Shown one piece after another: positions 49,286-61,910 of a stretch of 64,000 nucleotides of DNA. How positions within the stretch are numbered: position 1 is the stretch's first letter; every line of letters begins with the position of its first letter. Source of the DNA: Eledone cirrhosa (taxonomy: Eukaryota); contig OZ024742.1 of NCBI GenBank assembly GCA_964016885.1, positions 145,948,001 through 146,012,000 of the forward strand, read 5' to 3'. A program made the translations under genes and the position numbers. The notes below the pieces were generated by a model that saw only the letters and a program-made list of their open reading frames with translations, did no database searches and was not told where the DNA came from.

Positions 49286-51010
49286 TGATATGATATAGTT
49301 AGGTACTAAGTATGAACTATACTACTGGCTATATTCCTATTATGATTTGTCCTAGTTACACCATTCATTTGTGTAAAAAAAAACAAAAAAAAAAACAGGC
49401 TATAACTAAAAAAAAAAATCAGTCTATAACTTGATAACAGCAGAGCTGAAACTAAACAACTATGCAGCAAATAACTATATTTCTCAGGAAAAACCCAGCC
49501 TATGATTTTGAAATAATTTTGAAAATATATAAGTATTAAGAGGGATTTAGTTACCTAACTAACTTCATCGTTATTTAACTGGTGTTTGGAATATAACTTA
49601 AAGGTTCGTATATAAAATTATGATGAAAGGTTTCTAGATAAATATAAATGTTTTTACTCTTTTATTACCAATTTCAAATAAAAGAGATTGCCATTGATTT
49701 TCAAACTAATCAAGAATTTGGGGGTACTTAGTAACGATAAATAGCCTTCCCGTTATTGAGTTGATGTTAAGAACATTACTTAAACATTCTTACACAAAGT
49801 AGGTTCTTTTACTTGATCAGACAATAGTTATGGACCTCTAACTCCTGATTGAGTCATAGAGGCACCATCTTGGCCTAGACCCAGCTGAGAGAGAGAGAAG
49901 GACTGGTACTTTATCAATTTTGAAAGGTGAAGTTGACCATGGCAGGATTTGAACTCAGAATGCAGAGAGCCAGAATGAATACCAATAAGCATTCCATACA
50001 ATGTTAAATGTATGGAATGTTAAGCAACTCTGTTAAATCACTGCCTGCTTCATCAGGGTTAATCTAAAACTAAATGACAATAAGGAAGCAAAAAATATAG
50101 AGAAGGAAGAAAAAGGGAAAAGAAATTAACCAACAAAAGAAAGGGTGAGGGAGTGACAGACTTTATACTCCGATTTGTATTGTATAATTCAGCTGCACTG
50201 AGCAGACAAAATAGTGAAAGCATTGGTATAGAGAATGAGCAGAGACACTCAGTGCAACAGCCACCCTATCTCACAGAGTTCCTTCAAGCGGGCTGCACTC
50301 TTTCTAGGTTTATAGAGGAAAACAGTAGTTTGGGGACTGAGGACACCTGAGGTACTGCTCTCCTCTGCATTGCAGGTGGAAGTACCTAAGTTTGTGGCAA
50401 AAGCAACAAGAATGTGAAGTGAGTTATTCTGTCTGGGTGTTTGCCATTACTGCAGTCAAGGCTGGCTAAAATCAGATGTGAGGGAAGTTGTCTGCATTGA
50501 GGCTTCTTCTGATTAATATGGCAAAGTGAAGGCATATGACTTCGTGGTTAAGATGTTCAACTCATGAGCATAAGGTTGTGAGTTTGATTCCAGCTGGTGA
50601 GTTGCACCATTGAGCAAGAGACTTTATTTCACATTTCTCCTGTTCATTCAGTTGGAAAAAATGTGTTAAGCTGAATCTCCCTGAGAGGGTATATGTGTCT
50701 GTGGATTGCTTATCCACTTGCATGTTAATTTTACAAGCAGGTAATTCCATGTATCAAACAACTAGGACACTCGTCCTCAGAACTGATGAAGGTCTAACAT
50801 GTGACAAAGTACTATTTCTTTTTATCATGTGACCCTGCTGGTTTTTTGTTCTATTTTTCCTTTTTTTTTTTTAGTGTTTAGTCAAGGAGGGAAAGCAATG
50901 CAAATGAGCTTTCTCTAGGCTTCCAAGAATGGTAAGAGGGAGGAAGGTCTCCTCAGCCCAGAGACCTGGCCCAAATGTTTGCAACAGAGTAGAGTCTGCT
51001 AAAGGCACTG

Positions 51011-51204
51011 AAGTGCCAGGTGATTGTGTTAAATCAGATAACAGACTAAGTCTACCACCCAAGTGCCAGGTGGTGCCGTTAAATCAACTAATAGATTAAG
51101 TCTATGTCAAAGGGCCAGGTGGCGGTGTAAAACAGAATGACAGATTGTCTACCACCCAAGTGCCAGGTGGTGGTGTTAATCAGATGACAGATTAAGTCTA
51201 CCAA
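51011..51204. repeat. Minisatellite, about 50-bp unit, 4 copies
   Basis: aagtgccaggtg..gttaaatcaga..acagattaagtctaccaccc at 51011, 51061, about 51110 and about 51159. Confidence 0.88.
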
Positions 51205-53195
51205 CTATTGATTCAATTGTGAAAATGGATTTTGTTTGTTCTAGAATTTGCTTAATATAAATATAGAATACATTTTCTAGAATCTGATGGCTCAATACTA
51301 ATTTCATTTCTGTGAATGCACAATGCCTAGTGTTTATAGTATTGGGCTCACAATGATAAGGTTGTTAGTTTGATTCCTGAAACTGGTTGCATGTTGTGTC
51401 CTTGAACAAGACACATTATTTCATGTTGCTCCAGGCATTTGTTTTTAATTAGTTAGGAAAGAAGAGCTGTGCCCATAACCCCATTTCAATGGAGCATTTT
51501 CCTTATAGGTGGAAAAGATGGAAAGAAGTATTTTCAAAACAGAGATCTGGTCCAAATGGTTGCAACAGAGTGAACTCTGCTAAAGGCATCAAAGGGTCAA
51601 GTCGTAGTAAACTGAGCAATGGATCATGTTTACCACCCACATAGGTGACGGTAGGGTTTGAACTCAGAAATCAAAGAGCCAGAACAATTTCCATAAGACA
51701 TCTTATCTAATGCTCTAATGATTCAGCCAGCCCATGTTTTTCATCTGGTACTTTATTTATTAACTCCAGAAAGCAGAAATGCCAAGCTGGTCATTGCAGG
51801 ATTTGAACTCAGAATGTAAGGAGCCAGAATAATTACAAGGCATTTTGTCTTGTGCTCTAATTGTCCTGCCAGTTCTTCATGATATGGTAAATGAGGGTGA
51901 AAAATGGCTAAACTTTGACTGTAGGCTAAATCCCTTTAATGTAGTGCTCCAGCATAGCTACAGTCAAATGAGTGAAGACAGTAAAAGAATAAAAAAATAA
52001 CTAAATTATCAGAGATATCAGTGGTTTGGATATATGTGAATGTCATGCATTCAAGGCTTTTATATCAATAGAAAATAGCTATTACTAAATATGGAACAAG
52101 CTGAATTCAAGTAGTCTGTTTTAGCAAATTAATTACTAGTCAAGGTAATATCACCCAAAGAGAATGACTATAACAAGTGTTTGCTGTAACTATTAGTTCA
52201 TTCAGACACACAGCCTAATTACATACTGATGATTTGCAGTAATTTTGGACTACTAATGAGACACATTATATATAAATGGTTAGGTGAGCAATGCAATAGG
52301 ACAGAGCTTGCTGTCTTAAGTCCAACACCTGACCCATACTAGAAGCTGAACTGAAGCAAGGTGACTTTTAATGGAAAAAGCTACAATGACAATTGTTAAT
52401 TAGAGTGAAATGTTGAGGGCAATACTGCTAATGGTTAACCTAGATTTTAGAACTACTGTTTCAAGGAATTGAAGAGAAGTTAAATGCAGTATTTTGGGTA
52501 AAACTTTAAAATCTTTAGCTTCAGTTGTTAGTTAAAAGAATTCTCAATCAATGTTATTTAAAAAAAAAAAAAAAAAATATAAAAAAAGAAAAGCTTTGTT
52601 TAACACTTTTTGTTAGGTAGTATCTTTCTAATGAAAGATACTACATATAATTTTCAAATCATTTTGAAAATAAGAATTTGGAAGGATTTAGTAATATTAT
52701 TAACTTTCTCATTATTGAGTTAATTTTTGGAAGATAAAGGTTTTTTACATAAAATTATAATAGAAGGTTTATATAAATATAAACACTTTAAAATAAGCAG
52801 CTTTGTATCATAGAACCATTGATGACTTCAAGACTTAAAACAACATGAACATCGAGATGACAGTGGCACAGGATAAGAACAATTGAGACAAGCTTGGGGA
52901 GGTCATTGTCTTGTAGTGGATAGAGAATAGCTGAAAAGGAAAGATGATGAATGATGATGAAAGGTGAACATTGTGATTTCTTTCATGAATAAAATAAATG
53001 ATATATTGTATCTAAGGGAGATAAATTTTATTACACCAATCTGCAATAACAAAATATTTTAAAAAGTATCATGGACTGTTAAAGAGTTTGTTGTTTTTCA
53101 GGATATGACTTAACACTTTTGCATCTGCCAAGAAACAATTCTCTAATCTTCAAATTTATTAACTCAAGGGTTCATGAAACTAAGCTGAAAGACAT

Positions 53196-53445
53196 TTAAT
53201 ACTTTTGTTGCCATATTTAAAATGAATGTCATTGCCTATGATTTTCAAAAATATATTGAAAAATAATGAATTTGGACAGATTTAGTGATATAACTGACTT
53301 CCTTATTAATCTTTATGGAGCGTAACTTACAAGGTTCTTACATAAAATTATAATTGAAGGATTTTAGATCAATATGAACATCTTAAATTATTTTGTATCA
53401 TAGAACCTAAAGTGGTTTCAGGCAGTTTGGTATCAAAAGGGTTAA
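53196..53445 (+). mobile_element. TTAA-bounded MITE copy
   Basis: ttaatacttttgttgccatattt ... ggtatcaaaagggttaa. Partial copies at about 49500-49655 and 52600-52830. Confidence 0.65.
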
Positions 53446-53779
53446 GAGAGACAATCTATTGAAGCCTAACACTGATTAAAATATTAGAATTGAAAAATTC
53501 CTAGCCACGTTTATAAACAACTGTCAAGTTTATTAGCAGTTACTTGTTTGAGATTCCAATAGAATATATATATTCCAATTACTTGCACCAAACTGACTTT
53601 GATATGTAAAATTGGGGGTTTGCTGTGTATTCTAATTATTTTGTGTATGAAGGACCCCCTAAGTCCAAAGTGTCCCCTCCCCCAGGTCTAAATTTGGCCC
53701 TGGTCATCACCATCAACATTTTAAAAATTACATTTTCACAGTGTTATAAATTGGATGAGGTCACTTTCAACACAGCATC

Positions 53780-54055
53780 TTTCTACTTGTGCAGTCATTT
53801 GTCATCTCCTTTGTGATACTCATTATCCAGGGACCTGCCTTCCCAAATTCTTCTTCAGGCTCCTCCTACTTAAATCATTTCATTTTCTCAGCCAACAAGC
53901 ATTCTTCATACACATCAATCTCCTTTCTTGTACACAGCAGACGATACTTCTGATGCCCAGTGTTTTTCTCAGAACACTTGTGCTATATCATTCACACACA
54001 CTGACAATACACATTTAGTAGAAAATGCTTGCCTCATTTCTTTCTAGTATTCTCA
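53780..54055 (-). mobile_element. Old RTE 3' remnant directly abutting the young RTE
   Basis: Reverse complement reads LERNEASI..MYCQCV..LRKTLGIRSIVCCVQERRL; GRQ.PG. Confidence 0.65.
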
Positions 54056-54060
54056 TATTG

Positions 54061-57000
54061 TCCGACAGTGACTATATAGTTATTGCAGGCGACCTAAATG
54101 GTCACGTTGGACAACATTGTGACGGCTATGACGGAATCCATGGAGGCTATGGGTTCGGTACTAGAAATGAGGAAGGCTCCAGAATCCTGGAATTCTGCGA
54201 CGCAAATAACTTAACTATCTGTAACACTAACTTCAAAAAACGAGACAATCACTTGATCACCTATAGGTCGGGGGAACACACAAGCCAGGTAGATTATATC
54301 CTTACCAGAAGACGTGACAGAGTGTCTGTTGTTAACACTAAATCCCACCCCCATGAAGAATTCACCTCCCAACATAGACTGATAATTAGCGACCTCATAG
54401 TCAGGACGAGACGTACTAGACAGCGAAAGAGGACTATCCTCAGGAGAAAAATATGGAAGCTAAAGGACCCCATAGCCAGAAATAAATTTCAAAGCAAATT
54501 ACTTGACGCTTTCGACAGTAAGGAAGAGCAATTAGAGTCGTATAATATAGAGGAACAGTGGGAATTCCTGAGAGCAAACCTGCTGACGGCGGCAGACGAA
54601 GTCTGTGGCTGGAGCAGGCCTGTAGGTAGGAGGAGAGTAACATGGTGGTGGAACAGTAAGGTGGAGGAGTCAATTAAGGCCAAAAAGCAGGCTTGGAAAG
54701 TATGGCGGGATGGGGGAAGTAGAGAAGACTATCAAGTGGCCAGGAGGGAAGCTAGGAGACAAGTGTACTTCGCAAGAAGGGAAGCAGAGGAAAGAAAGTT
54801 CAAGCATGTTCTACAACGTGAGGACCAAAAACGTGAGGTGTTCAGGATTGCCAGGCAATGTGTCAAGGAAAACCGTGATATTGTCGGGGAGAAGTGTGTA
54901 CTTAACGATGATGGCATACTTGCCATCACCGACGCTGATAAGAAGGTAGCTTGGAAGTGTCACTACGAAAGGCTTCTAAATGAGGAGAACAAATGGGAGA
55001 AAGATAGTCTCCCCCAGATCGATCCAATAGAGGGACCAGCAGTGTTAGTTGAAGGTAGTATAATAAGTAAGGCAATCAAAGATATGAAGACGGGTAAGGC
55101 GGCTGGGCCTTCGGAAATAGTTGCTGAGATGCTGAAGGCATCTGGTTCGGTGGGACACACCATGGTCACCCGGATAGTTAACCAAGTCGTACAGAATGGG
55201 GTTGTTCCGAAGGAATGGCGTAGCAGCATCATCGTTAACTGCTATAAGGGAAAAGGAGATGCCCTAGATAGGAGTAACTATAGAGGCATTAAATTAATCG
55301 ACCAGGTCATGAAGGTCACGGAAAAAGTAATAGCGCAACTAATCAGAGAGAGAATTGATCTAGATGAAATGCAGTTCGGGTTTGTGTCAGGCAAAAGTAC
55401 CACAGACGCTGTTTTCATTGTACGACAACTACAGGAGAAGTACCTAGCTAAAAGTAAACCCCTATACTTAGCTTTTGTCGACTTGGAGAAAGCCTTCGAC
55501 AGAGTCCCCCGTTCCATTATCTGGTGGTCTCTTAGAAAACTAGGTGTTGACGAATGGCTTGTGAGAGCTATACAAGCCATGTATAAAGAAACAGTCAGTA
55601 AGGTTAGAATTAACAACGAATATAGTGAAGAGTTTAGCGTAAAAGTTGGTGTCCATCAGGGCTCTGTACTTAGCCCCCTACTATTTATTATTGCCCTTCA
55701 GGCTATAACAGAGGAGTTCAAGACCGGCTGCCCATGGGAACTCCTATACGCAGATGATCTAACGCTCATAGCTGAATCAATGACCGAACTAGAGAAGAAA
55801 TTCCAAACGTGGAAGCACGGCCTAGAATCAAAAGGCCTTAAAATTAACCTGGCTAAGACTAAAGTTCTAGTTTGTAGGAAAGAAAATAAGGCGGCGGTCC
55901 CATCGGGGAAATGGCCATGCTCAGTGTGTAGGAAAGGCGTAGGTAGAAACTCCATTTTATGTCCCAAATGCAAAGTATGGGTGCATAAAAGATGTAGTGG
56001 GATCACAGGTAAGCTAACTAAGAACATAGATTTTACATGTGGCCGGTGCTCTGGTGCAATTAGTAGCAGCAAGTGCCCACAAAATACTAGCTCCTTCAAC
56101 TGCGCAGAGGGTTCTATAGAAATAGTGGATAGCTTCCGTTATCTGGGTGACAAAATCAGCAGTGGGGGAGGGTGCTCTGAAAGTACAGTAGCTAGAGTCA
56201 GAACTGGATGGAAAAAGTTCAGAGAGCTTATACCACTATTAGCCGCTAGAGGGTTCTCCCTAAAAATGAAAGGCAGGTTATACGATGCCTGCATACGAAC
56301 AGCAATGCTGCATGGCAGTGAGACCTGGGCATTGTGTGCAGAGGATATACGCAGACTAGAGAGGAACGAAGCTTGCATGCTCCGCTGGATGTGCAATAGT
56401 AATATACGTGAACGGCAAAGCATAAACGAACTAAGGAAAAAATTAGAAATAAGAGGGATCAGATGTTGTTTACTCGAGAGAAGGCTACGTTGGTACGGTC
56501 ACGTGATGCGCATGAAAGACGACAGCTGTATAACAAAGTGCAGGGCAATAAAGATAGACGGTAGCCACGGAGTAGGCAGACCCAGAAAAACATGGGACGA
56601 GCTGATAATTTCCGACCTCACACGCTTACACCTCTCCAAGACAATGTCACTGGACCGAGACCTTTGGCGGTACTCAGTAATAGAGAAGACCCGCCTTACC
56701 TAAATACAAAGTAAAAACCTACTACAGTCAGTAGGCACCTCTATCAAAACACACCCCCGTCCCACCACCTCCACCTCCACCCCACCCACACCGCCCCTTT
56801 CAATGTAAAGTTATGTTGGCCCCACAACATCCAGGCCGAAACAAATGAGATCGTGTAGGTGTCACGACAAAAAACACACAGTCCACGCTGTAAATGTGGC
56901 CGTGTAGGCAACACGGTAAAAACCTCCCAGCCCCACACTGTAAATGTGGTTGGTGTTAGGAAGGGCATCCAGCTGTAGAAAACCCGCCAGACAGTCCACG

Positions 57001-57218
57001 CTGTAATGTGGCCGTGTAGGCAACACGGTAAAAACCTCCCAGCCCCACACTGTAAATGTGGTTGGTGTTAGGAAGGGCATCCAACTGTAGAAAACCCGCC
57101 AGACAGTCCTATGCGAGCAAGACAACCACTCTTGCCTCAAGTGGGAAAACCCCCGTCCAAACCCATGCAAGCGTGGAACACGGACGCTAAACCTGATGAT
57201 GATGATGATGATGATGAT
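54061..57218 (+). mobile_element. Young RTE LINE family B, 5'-truncated within the APE domain, uninterrupted ORF to 56703, 3' UTR with a ~113-bp tandem duplication, (GAT)n tail
   Basis: ORF 54025..56703: AGDLNGHVG, VDYIL..SQH, GKAAGP, NYRGI, QFGF, FVDLEKAFD, GVHQGSVLSP, LLYADDL, C4HC3 finger, FRYLG, RLRWYGHV. The first 12 codons come from the flank. Duplication 56879-56991 / 56992-57103. Confidence 0.97.
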
Positions 57219-57561
57219 GTCCACATTCAAGGTCCATCTCTTGCTATCATATAGTACAACATTTTATACACAAACATCAGTCTACCCTTCACTGGTAGAA
57301 AGACTAATCCTTTTGTTATTAACAGAGGTAATGGCTCCCTAAATTTGTTTCATATAGTCATTATTTTGGCTACTGTACTTTCACAAATCCACTTCTACTG
57401 CTGATTAGATCAACTTTTGGACACTTGAGAGACTAGCTCATTATACTTTATAATCACATTCTCCTTTTTAAAAGCAAACTATATTACTGATGAGTAAGCC
57501 AGACAAGAGGGGAGGGGAAATGGGGCAGGTGGACTAGTTAGTATGAGCCAACTACCTACTA

Positions 57562-57785
57562 TCATCATTTTACATTCATTGTTCCACACTTGCATGGGTT
57601 GGATGGGTCCTTCTCAGTAAAGCATCTCACTACTTGACATGTTCCTTTGTCATCTTCTCCTTGAGCTTTAGCGATCCGAGATCAGCTCTCATCACATCCA
57701 GCCAGGTCTTTCTTGGTCTTCCTCTACTGTAGCCTCCCTCTACAGAGATTACTTGGCACTTCTTCATCCAGCATTTATCATCTAA
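57562..57785 (-). mobile_element. RTE 3' end fragment
   Basis: (CAT)n tail, gcatgggttgga, and reverse complement WMKKCQVISVEGGYSRGRPRKTWLDV. Confidence 0.75.
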
Positions 57786-57876
57786 CAGTTTGAAATGGAG
57801 CTCTCAATTCAAATCTAGTCTGAAACTATCATGAGCTATTTTTTACATATGGCTTGGTATTTTTAACAAATTTAGA

Positions 57877-58068
57877 GGGTGGTGGATTGGCATTATTGGT
57901 AGAGAGTCAGACACCATGCTTTGCAGCAAGGAGTTACGGCCCTTTATGGTCTGAGTTCAAATCCGGTCGAGGTTAACTTTGCTTTCCATCCTTACAGGGT
58001 CGATAAAATAAAAGTACCAGTAATACACTGGAGTTATTGCTGGCCTTATGCCAAAAGTAGAAACAATC
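57877..58068 (+). mobile_element. tRNA-derived Meta-like SINE
   Basis: Same family as 7855-8040. Confidence 0.85.
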
Positions 58069-58304
58069 ATTAACAGCTTTAGAAGAGTCTTTATTTAACA
58101 TCTTGATTGTTAACAGCAAAGTTGGTAAAGGCCTAGATCTGCTGATGAGCCAGAATTTATAAAAGAGAAACAAATCATCTTTTAGTAATTATGAAGTGAA
58201 ATGGCCTAAACTGGAAAACAATTTGTGGATCCAGCTTGCCAGGGACTTTAGATCATCTATTGAGTTTACAGTATCAAATCCCTGAGTAGGAAACATTACA
58301 TGCT

Positions 58305-58528
58305 TTAATGCTTTTGATACCAACCCACCTGAAACTGACCCTGGTTCTGTGATAAAACTGTCCATTTTAAAGTGTTTATATCTAAATTAAAACCTACCAA
58401 CATAATTTTATACAAGAACTTTTTTTATTATGTTATTTTATTAAACCCTCCAATTTGTTGGTTATTTTCAACATTATCTGAAACATATTCAGTGAATTTC
58501 ATGAGAAATATAGTAATGAAAGGGTTAA
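58305..58528 (-). mobile_element. TTAA-bounded MITE copy
   Basis: ttaatgcttttgatacc ... gaaagggttaa. Confidence 0.65.
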
Positions 58529-59131
58529 TGCATGACTCAAAGACAGTTAACATTATAGAGGTTAAATATTAGTAAAAGACATCTAGAATAGAATAGATCT
58601 CTATCAGTTTCAACAATGTATATTCCATTTGTTCAAACTACAGAAAAGCCTGCTCGTGACATTAACATGCAAATGATTCAAAGGACTGATCTAACTCATG
58701 TAGGCATGGAAAAGCAGATGTAAAATGATGAAGATGATAATGATTTAACAAGAAACTATGTGTGACAAGGTTGATGCTTTGAATTATAGGCACCAGCCAT
58801 CCTGTATTATAATGTAAGTGGCTGAGTATTTCACAAGTACATGAACTTTTAACATAATTCTCAGGGAGATTCAGCATGACACAGTGTGTGACCATGCAGG
58901 CTCTTTGAATTAAAAAGTACAGTCTATCGAATGGGTTTCCAAATAGTTTCCATCAACCCAATTTCACTCATAATGCTTGGATCAACCCAAGGCCATGGGT
59001 TGATGTCAACAGTAGCATCAAACCTAGGACATTATGATTGTAAAGTGATCTGAACTATTTGGACATGCCGCGTCCACTAAAAGACATCTAATTGATGAAT
59101 TATTCTACTTCTTATTATTAATATTGGCAGT

Positions 59132-59730
59132 AGGGTGGCAAATTGGCTGTATTGGTAGAGCGTCGGACATCATGCTTTGCAGCATAGTTACGTCTCTTTA
59201 CATTCTGAGTTAAGGGTCGATAAAATAAAGCACCAGTAACTTACTTTCCATCCCACAAAATTGTTCGCCTTGTGCCTAAATCAAAAACCATTATTATTAT
59301 TGGCGATGAACTGGCAGTATCAGTAGAGTGTTGGACAATGTGCTTGGCAGCATATAGTTCCGACCTTTTACTTTCCGAGTTCAAATCCCGTTGAAGTTAG
59401 CTTTCCCTGACATCCTTACAGGGTCGATAAAATAAAGTACCAGTAACATATTGGGGATATTTAATTGACTTTCCTCTCCCCACAAACTGTTGGCCTTGTG
59501 CCTAAATCAGAAACCGTTATTATTATTATTATTATTCATATTGGCAGTATCGGTAGAGGGTCGGACGCCATGCTTTCCAGCATAGTTACGTCCCTTTACG
59601 TTCCTTTACGTTCTGAGTTCAAATCCCGCTGAGGTTAACTTTGTCTTTCATCCTTACGGGGTCTATAAAATAAAGTACCAGTAATGCACTAGGTAATTGC
59701 TGGCCTTATGCCAAAAGCAGAAACAATTAT
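59132..59730 (+). mobile_element. Three head-to-tail Meta-like SINEs separated by (ATT)n
   Basis: Copies at about 59132, 59302 and 59540, each ending gcctt(g/a)tgcc.aa..a.aaac followed by attatt. Confidence 0.85.
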
Positions 59731-60179
59731 TGTTCATCTTGCAAGCAGTGAAAAGCGAAAGTAAAATGATGATGATGATGATGATGATGATATGGTAGCC
59801 AATTATGGATTTATATGCTTCAAAAGTGGTTGAAATCTGGTGCAGGCTGAAGTCTAACCACCAATGGGATGTGAAACTACAAAAACTGTAGGTGTAAATA
59901 TCGATATCTTGTTTGAGAATTGTTTAACTATAAATGTTTTATATTCAGAAACACACACATACATACACACACACATACACACACATATATAGCAACGCAC
60001 AAACATATATTTACATACAATATTATATATAGTAGTTAAATTGGGTGTCTTGAGTGGAATATAAGGCATGTATAACAGTGAAGTCACACACAGACAGATT
60101 AGTATGTATCTAATTTCTAGGCTTGACAAGGTACATCACATTTGTATTTCACATATTTTTTATGATATGACCTGCATTA

Positions 60180-60660
60180 TTGGCTGAGTTGAACAAAATA
60201 ACTTACAGTATTTTGTTAGGGCCTTTATGGTTGGTATTCAAATTTCGCCAAGGCCACCTTTGCCTTTCATATGATTAAGTACCAGTTAAGATCTGAGGTC
60301 GATATAATTGACTGTTCATTTCTACCCAAATTGCTGGCCTTGTGCCTAAATTAGAAACCATTATCAATTAAAACTAAATACAGAGAGTGGAACCAGGAAA
60401 GACTAACATACTGGTAAATATTTACTATTTAAAATAGGATAGATTTTAATACATTCACTAATAACATAGTATTTCTAACTTAAGCAGACGGTTAACAATT
60501 TTGGTTGAAAAGGAAAATCAGTCATATCGGCAGGAGTACTTGGGAAAGATGAAAGGCAAAGAAAGCCTCTGCAGGATTTGAACTCAGAACGTAATGATCC
60601 AGAACAAATATGTAAAGCATTTTGTCCGACACTCTAGCGATTCTGCCAATCCACCGCCCC
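60180..60660. mobile_element. Two convergent Meta-like SINE copies (60180-60362 plus; 60470-60660 minus)
   Basis: Tail ttgctggccttgtgcctaaattagaaacc; ggatttgaactcaga..tctgccaatccaccgccc. Further fragments at about 39960-40150, 44338-44420, 49900-50045 and 51640-51870. Confidence 0.75.
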
Positions 60661-61679
60661 AATAAACACATATAAGTGAAGAAAATAAACATTTCTGGCA
60701 ATTTAATGAGACAGGAAATAACAAAATGCTGACTATATGTGAAGAGATGGGAGGTTTATATGGTTATATGAATCAAGTTTGGATTAAAATTTATATATTA
60801 ACGCCCATCAGTGTCTCGTCTATGTGGATCTAAATATGATATGGTGACATTAATAACACACAATTAATAACACACACATAAAACTACAAACATACACACA
60901 CACACAATTGCAACTGTGTTAAAATAAAATCCACAATCCAACCACATATGTTTTATGTTATAATTCTAAGCAAAATAATAAGTTTTGTCATTAATTTTAT
61001 ATTGAATATATACAAAAACAATTCAATATCAATAAAAACTAAAACAAATACAAGCTTTAAAATCATTTGTGTGTGTATTTCGAATTTATGGATATTTACA
61101 CACAAAACACCCACTTCAGTGTATCTGCGTATGTATGTATGCATGTATGTATGTATGTATGCATGTATGTGTATATAATCTATGTATAAAGGAATAAAAA
61201 ATGCATTGAGTTTGTGATTGTGTTAAATAGCTATATATATATATATACACTCATTCACCTAACAATACTGACACATACAAAATATAAACACGCTGTACAT
61301 TTAAATAAAAGATCCTAGAGAAACATTCTCAATTGTATAGGAACGGAGAAGAAAACTGATTTGTTATTTCTCATGGAATATAAAGAACATCGTTTAAACA
61401 AATAACTGTGAAGTGTAGCTGAAGACAAGGCGGTATTTTGAAGTATGAATGAATTGTCAAATAGCCATGTGATATCCATAGCCTCATATGACGGGGACCG
61501 TTGAAAGTAAAGTATGTGAATTATATATTTTAAGATATGTATAAATTATATAATGAATATGATTTAGAAGGGAAACAAATCAAGAGAAATTAATCAGAGC
61601 AAAAGAATTTAAAAAAAAAAAAAAAAAAAAAGGACGAGAGAAGGAATGCACACTCAATGACACTGCTACAGATAATGTT

Positions 61680-61910
61680 GGTGTTTCCCTCAAGAAATAT
61701 TGAGGCAAGACACTCACGACATTATCGCAGGTGATTGAGGGGCCCTCAATCATATATTGCAACAGAGAATGTTGATGTTTCTCTGTAAACATTTTCTGTC
61801 AAGTCAAGACACACTGGCATTACCGTGGCTGATAGTGAGGCTGAGGTGCTGGAATAGCCAAGCATCCTCAAGAACATCACCTCGTTATCAGTGGCCCAAC
61901 TCCCCTGAAT
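61680..61910 (-). mobile_element. CRE-like non-LTR 3' fragment
   Basis: Reverse complement reads DAWLFQHLSLTISHGNASV; homologous to 63680-63850. Confidence 0.55.

Noticed and set aside
54025-54060. ATG at 54025 as the true RTE start codon
   Set aside because: It lies in the antisense remnant of an older RTE; homology to the 23782 copy begins only at about 54061.
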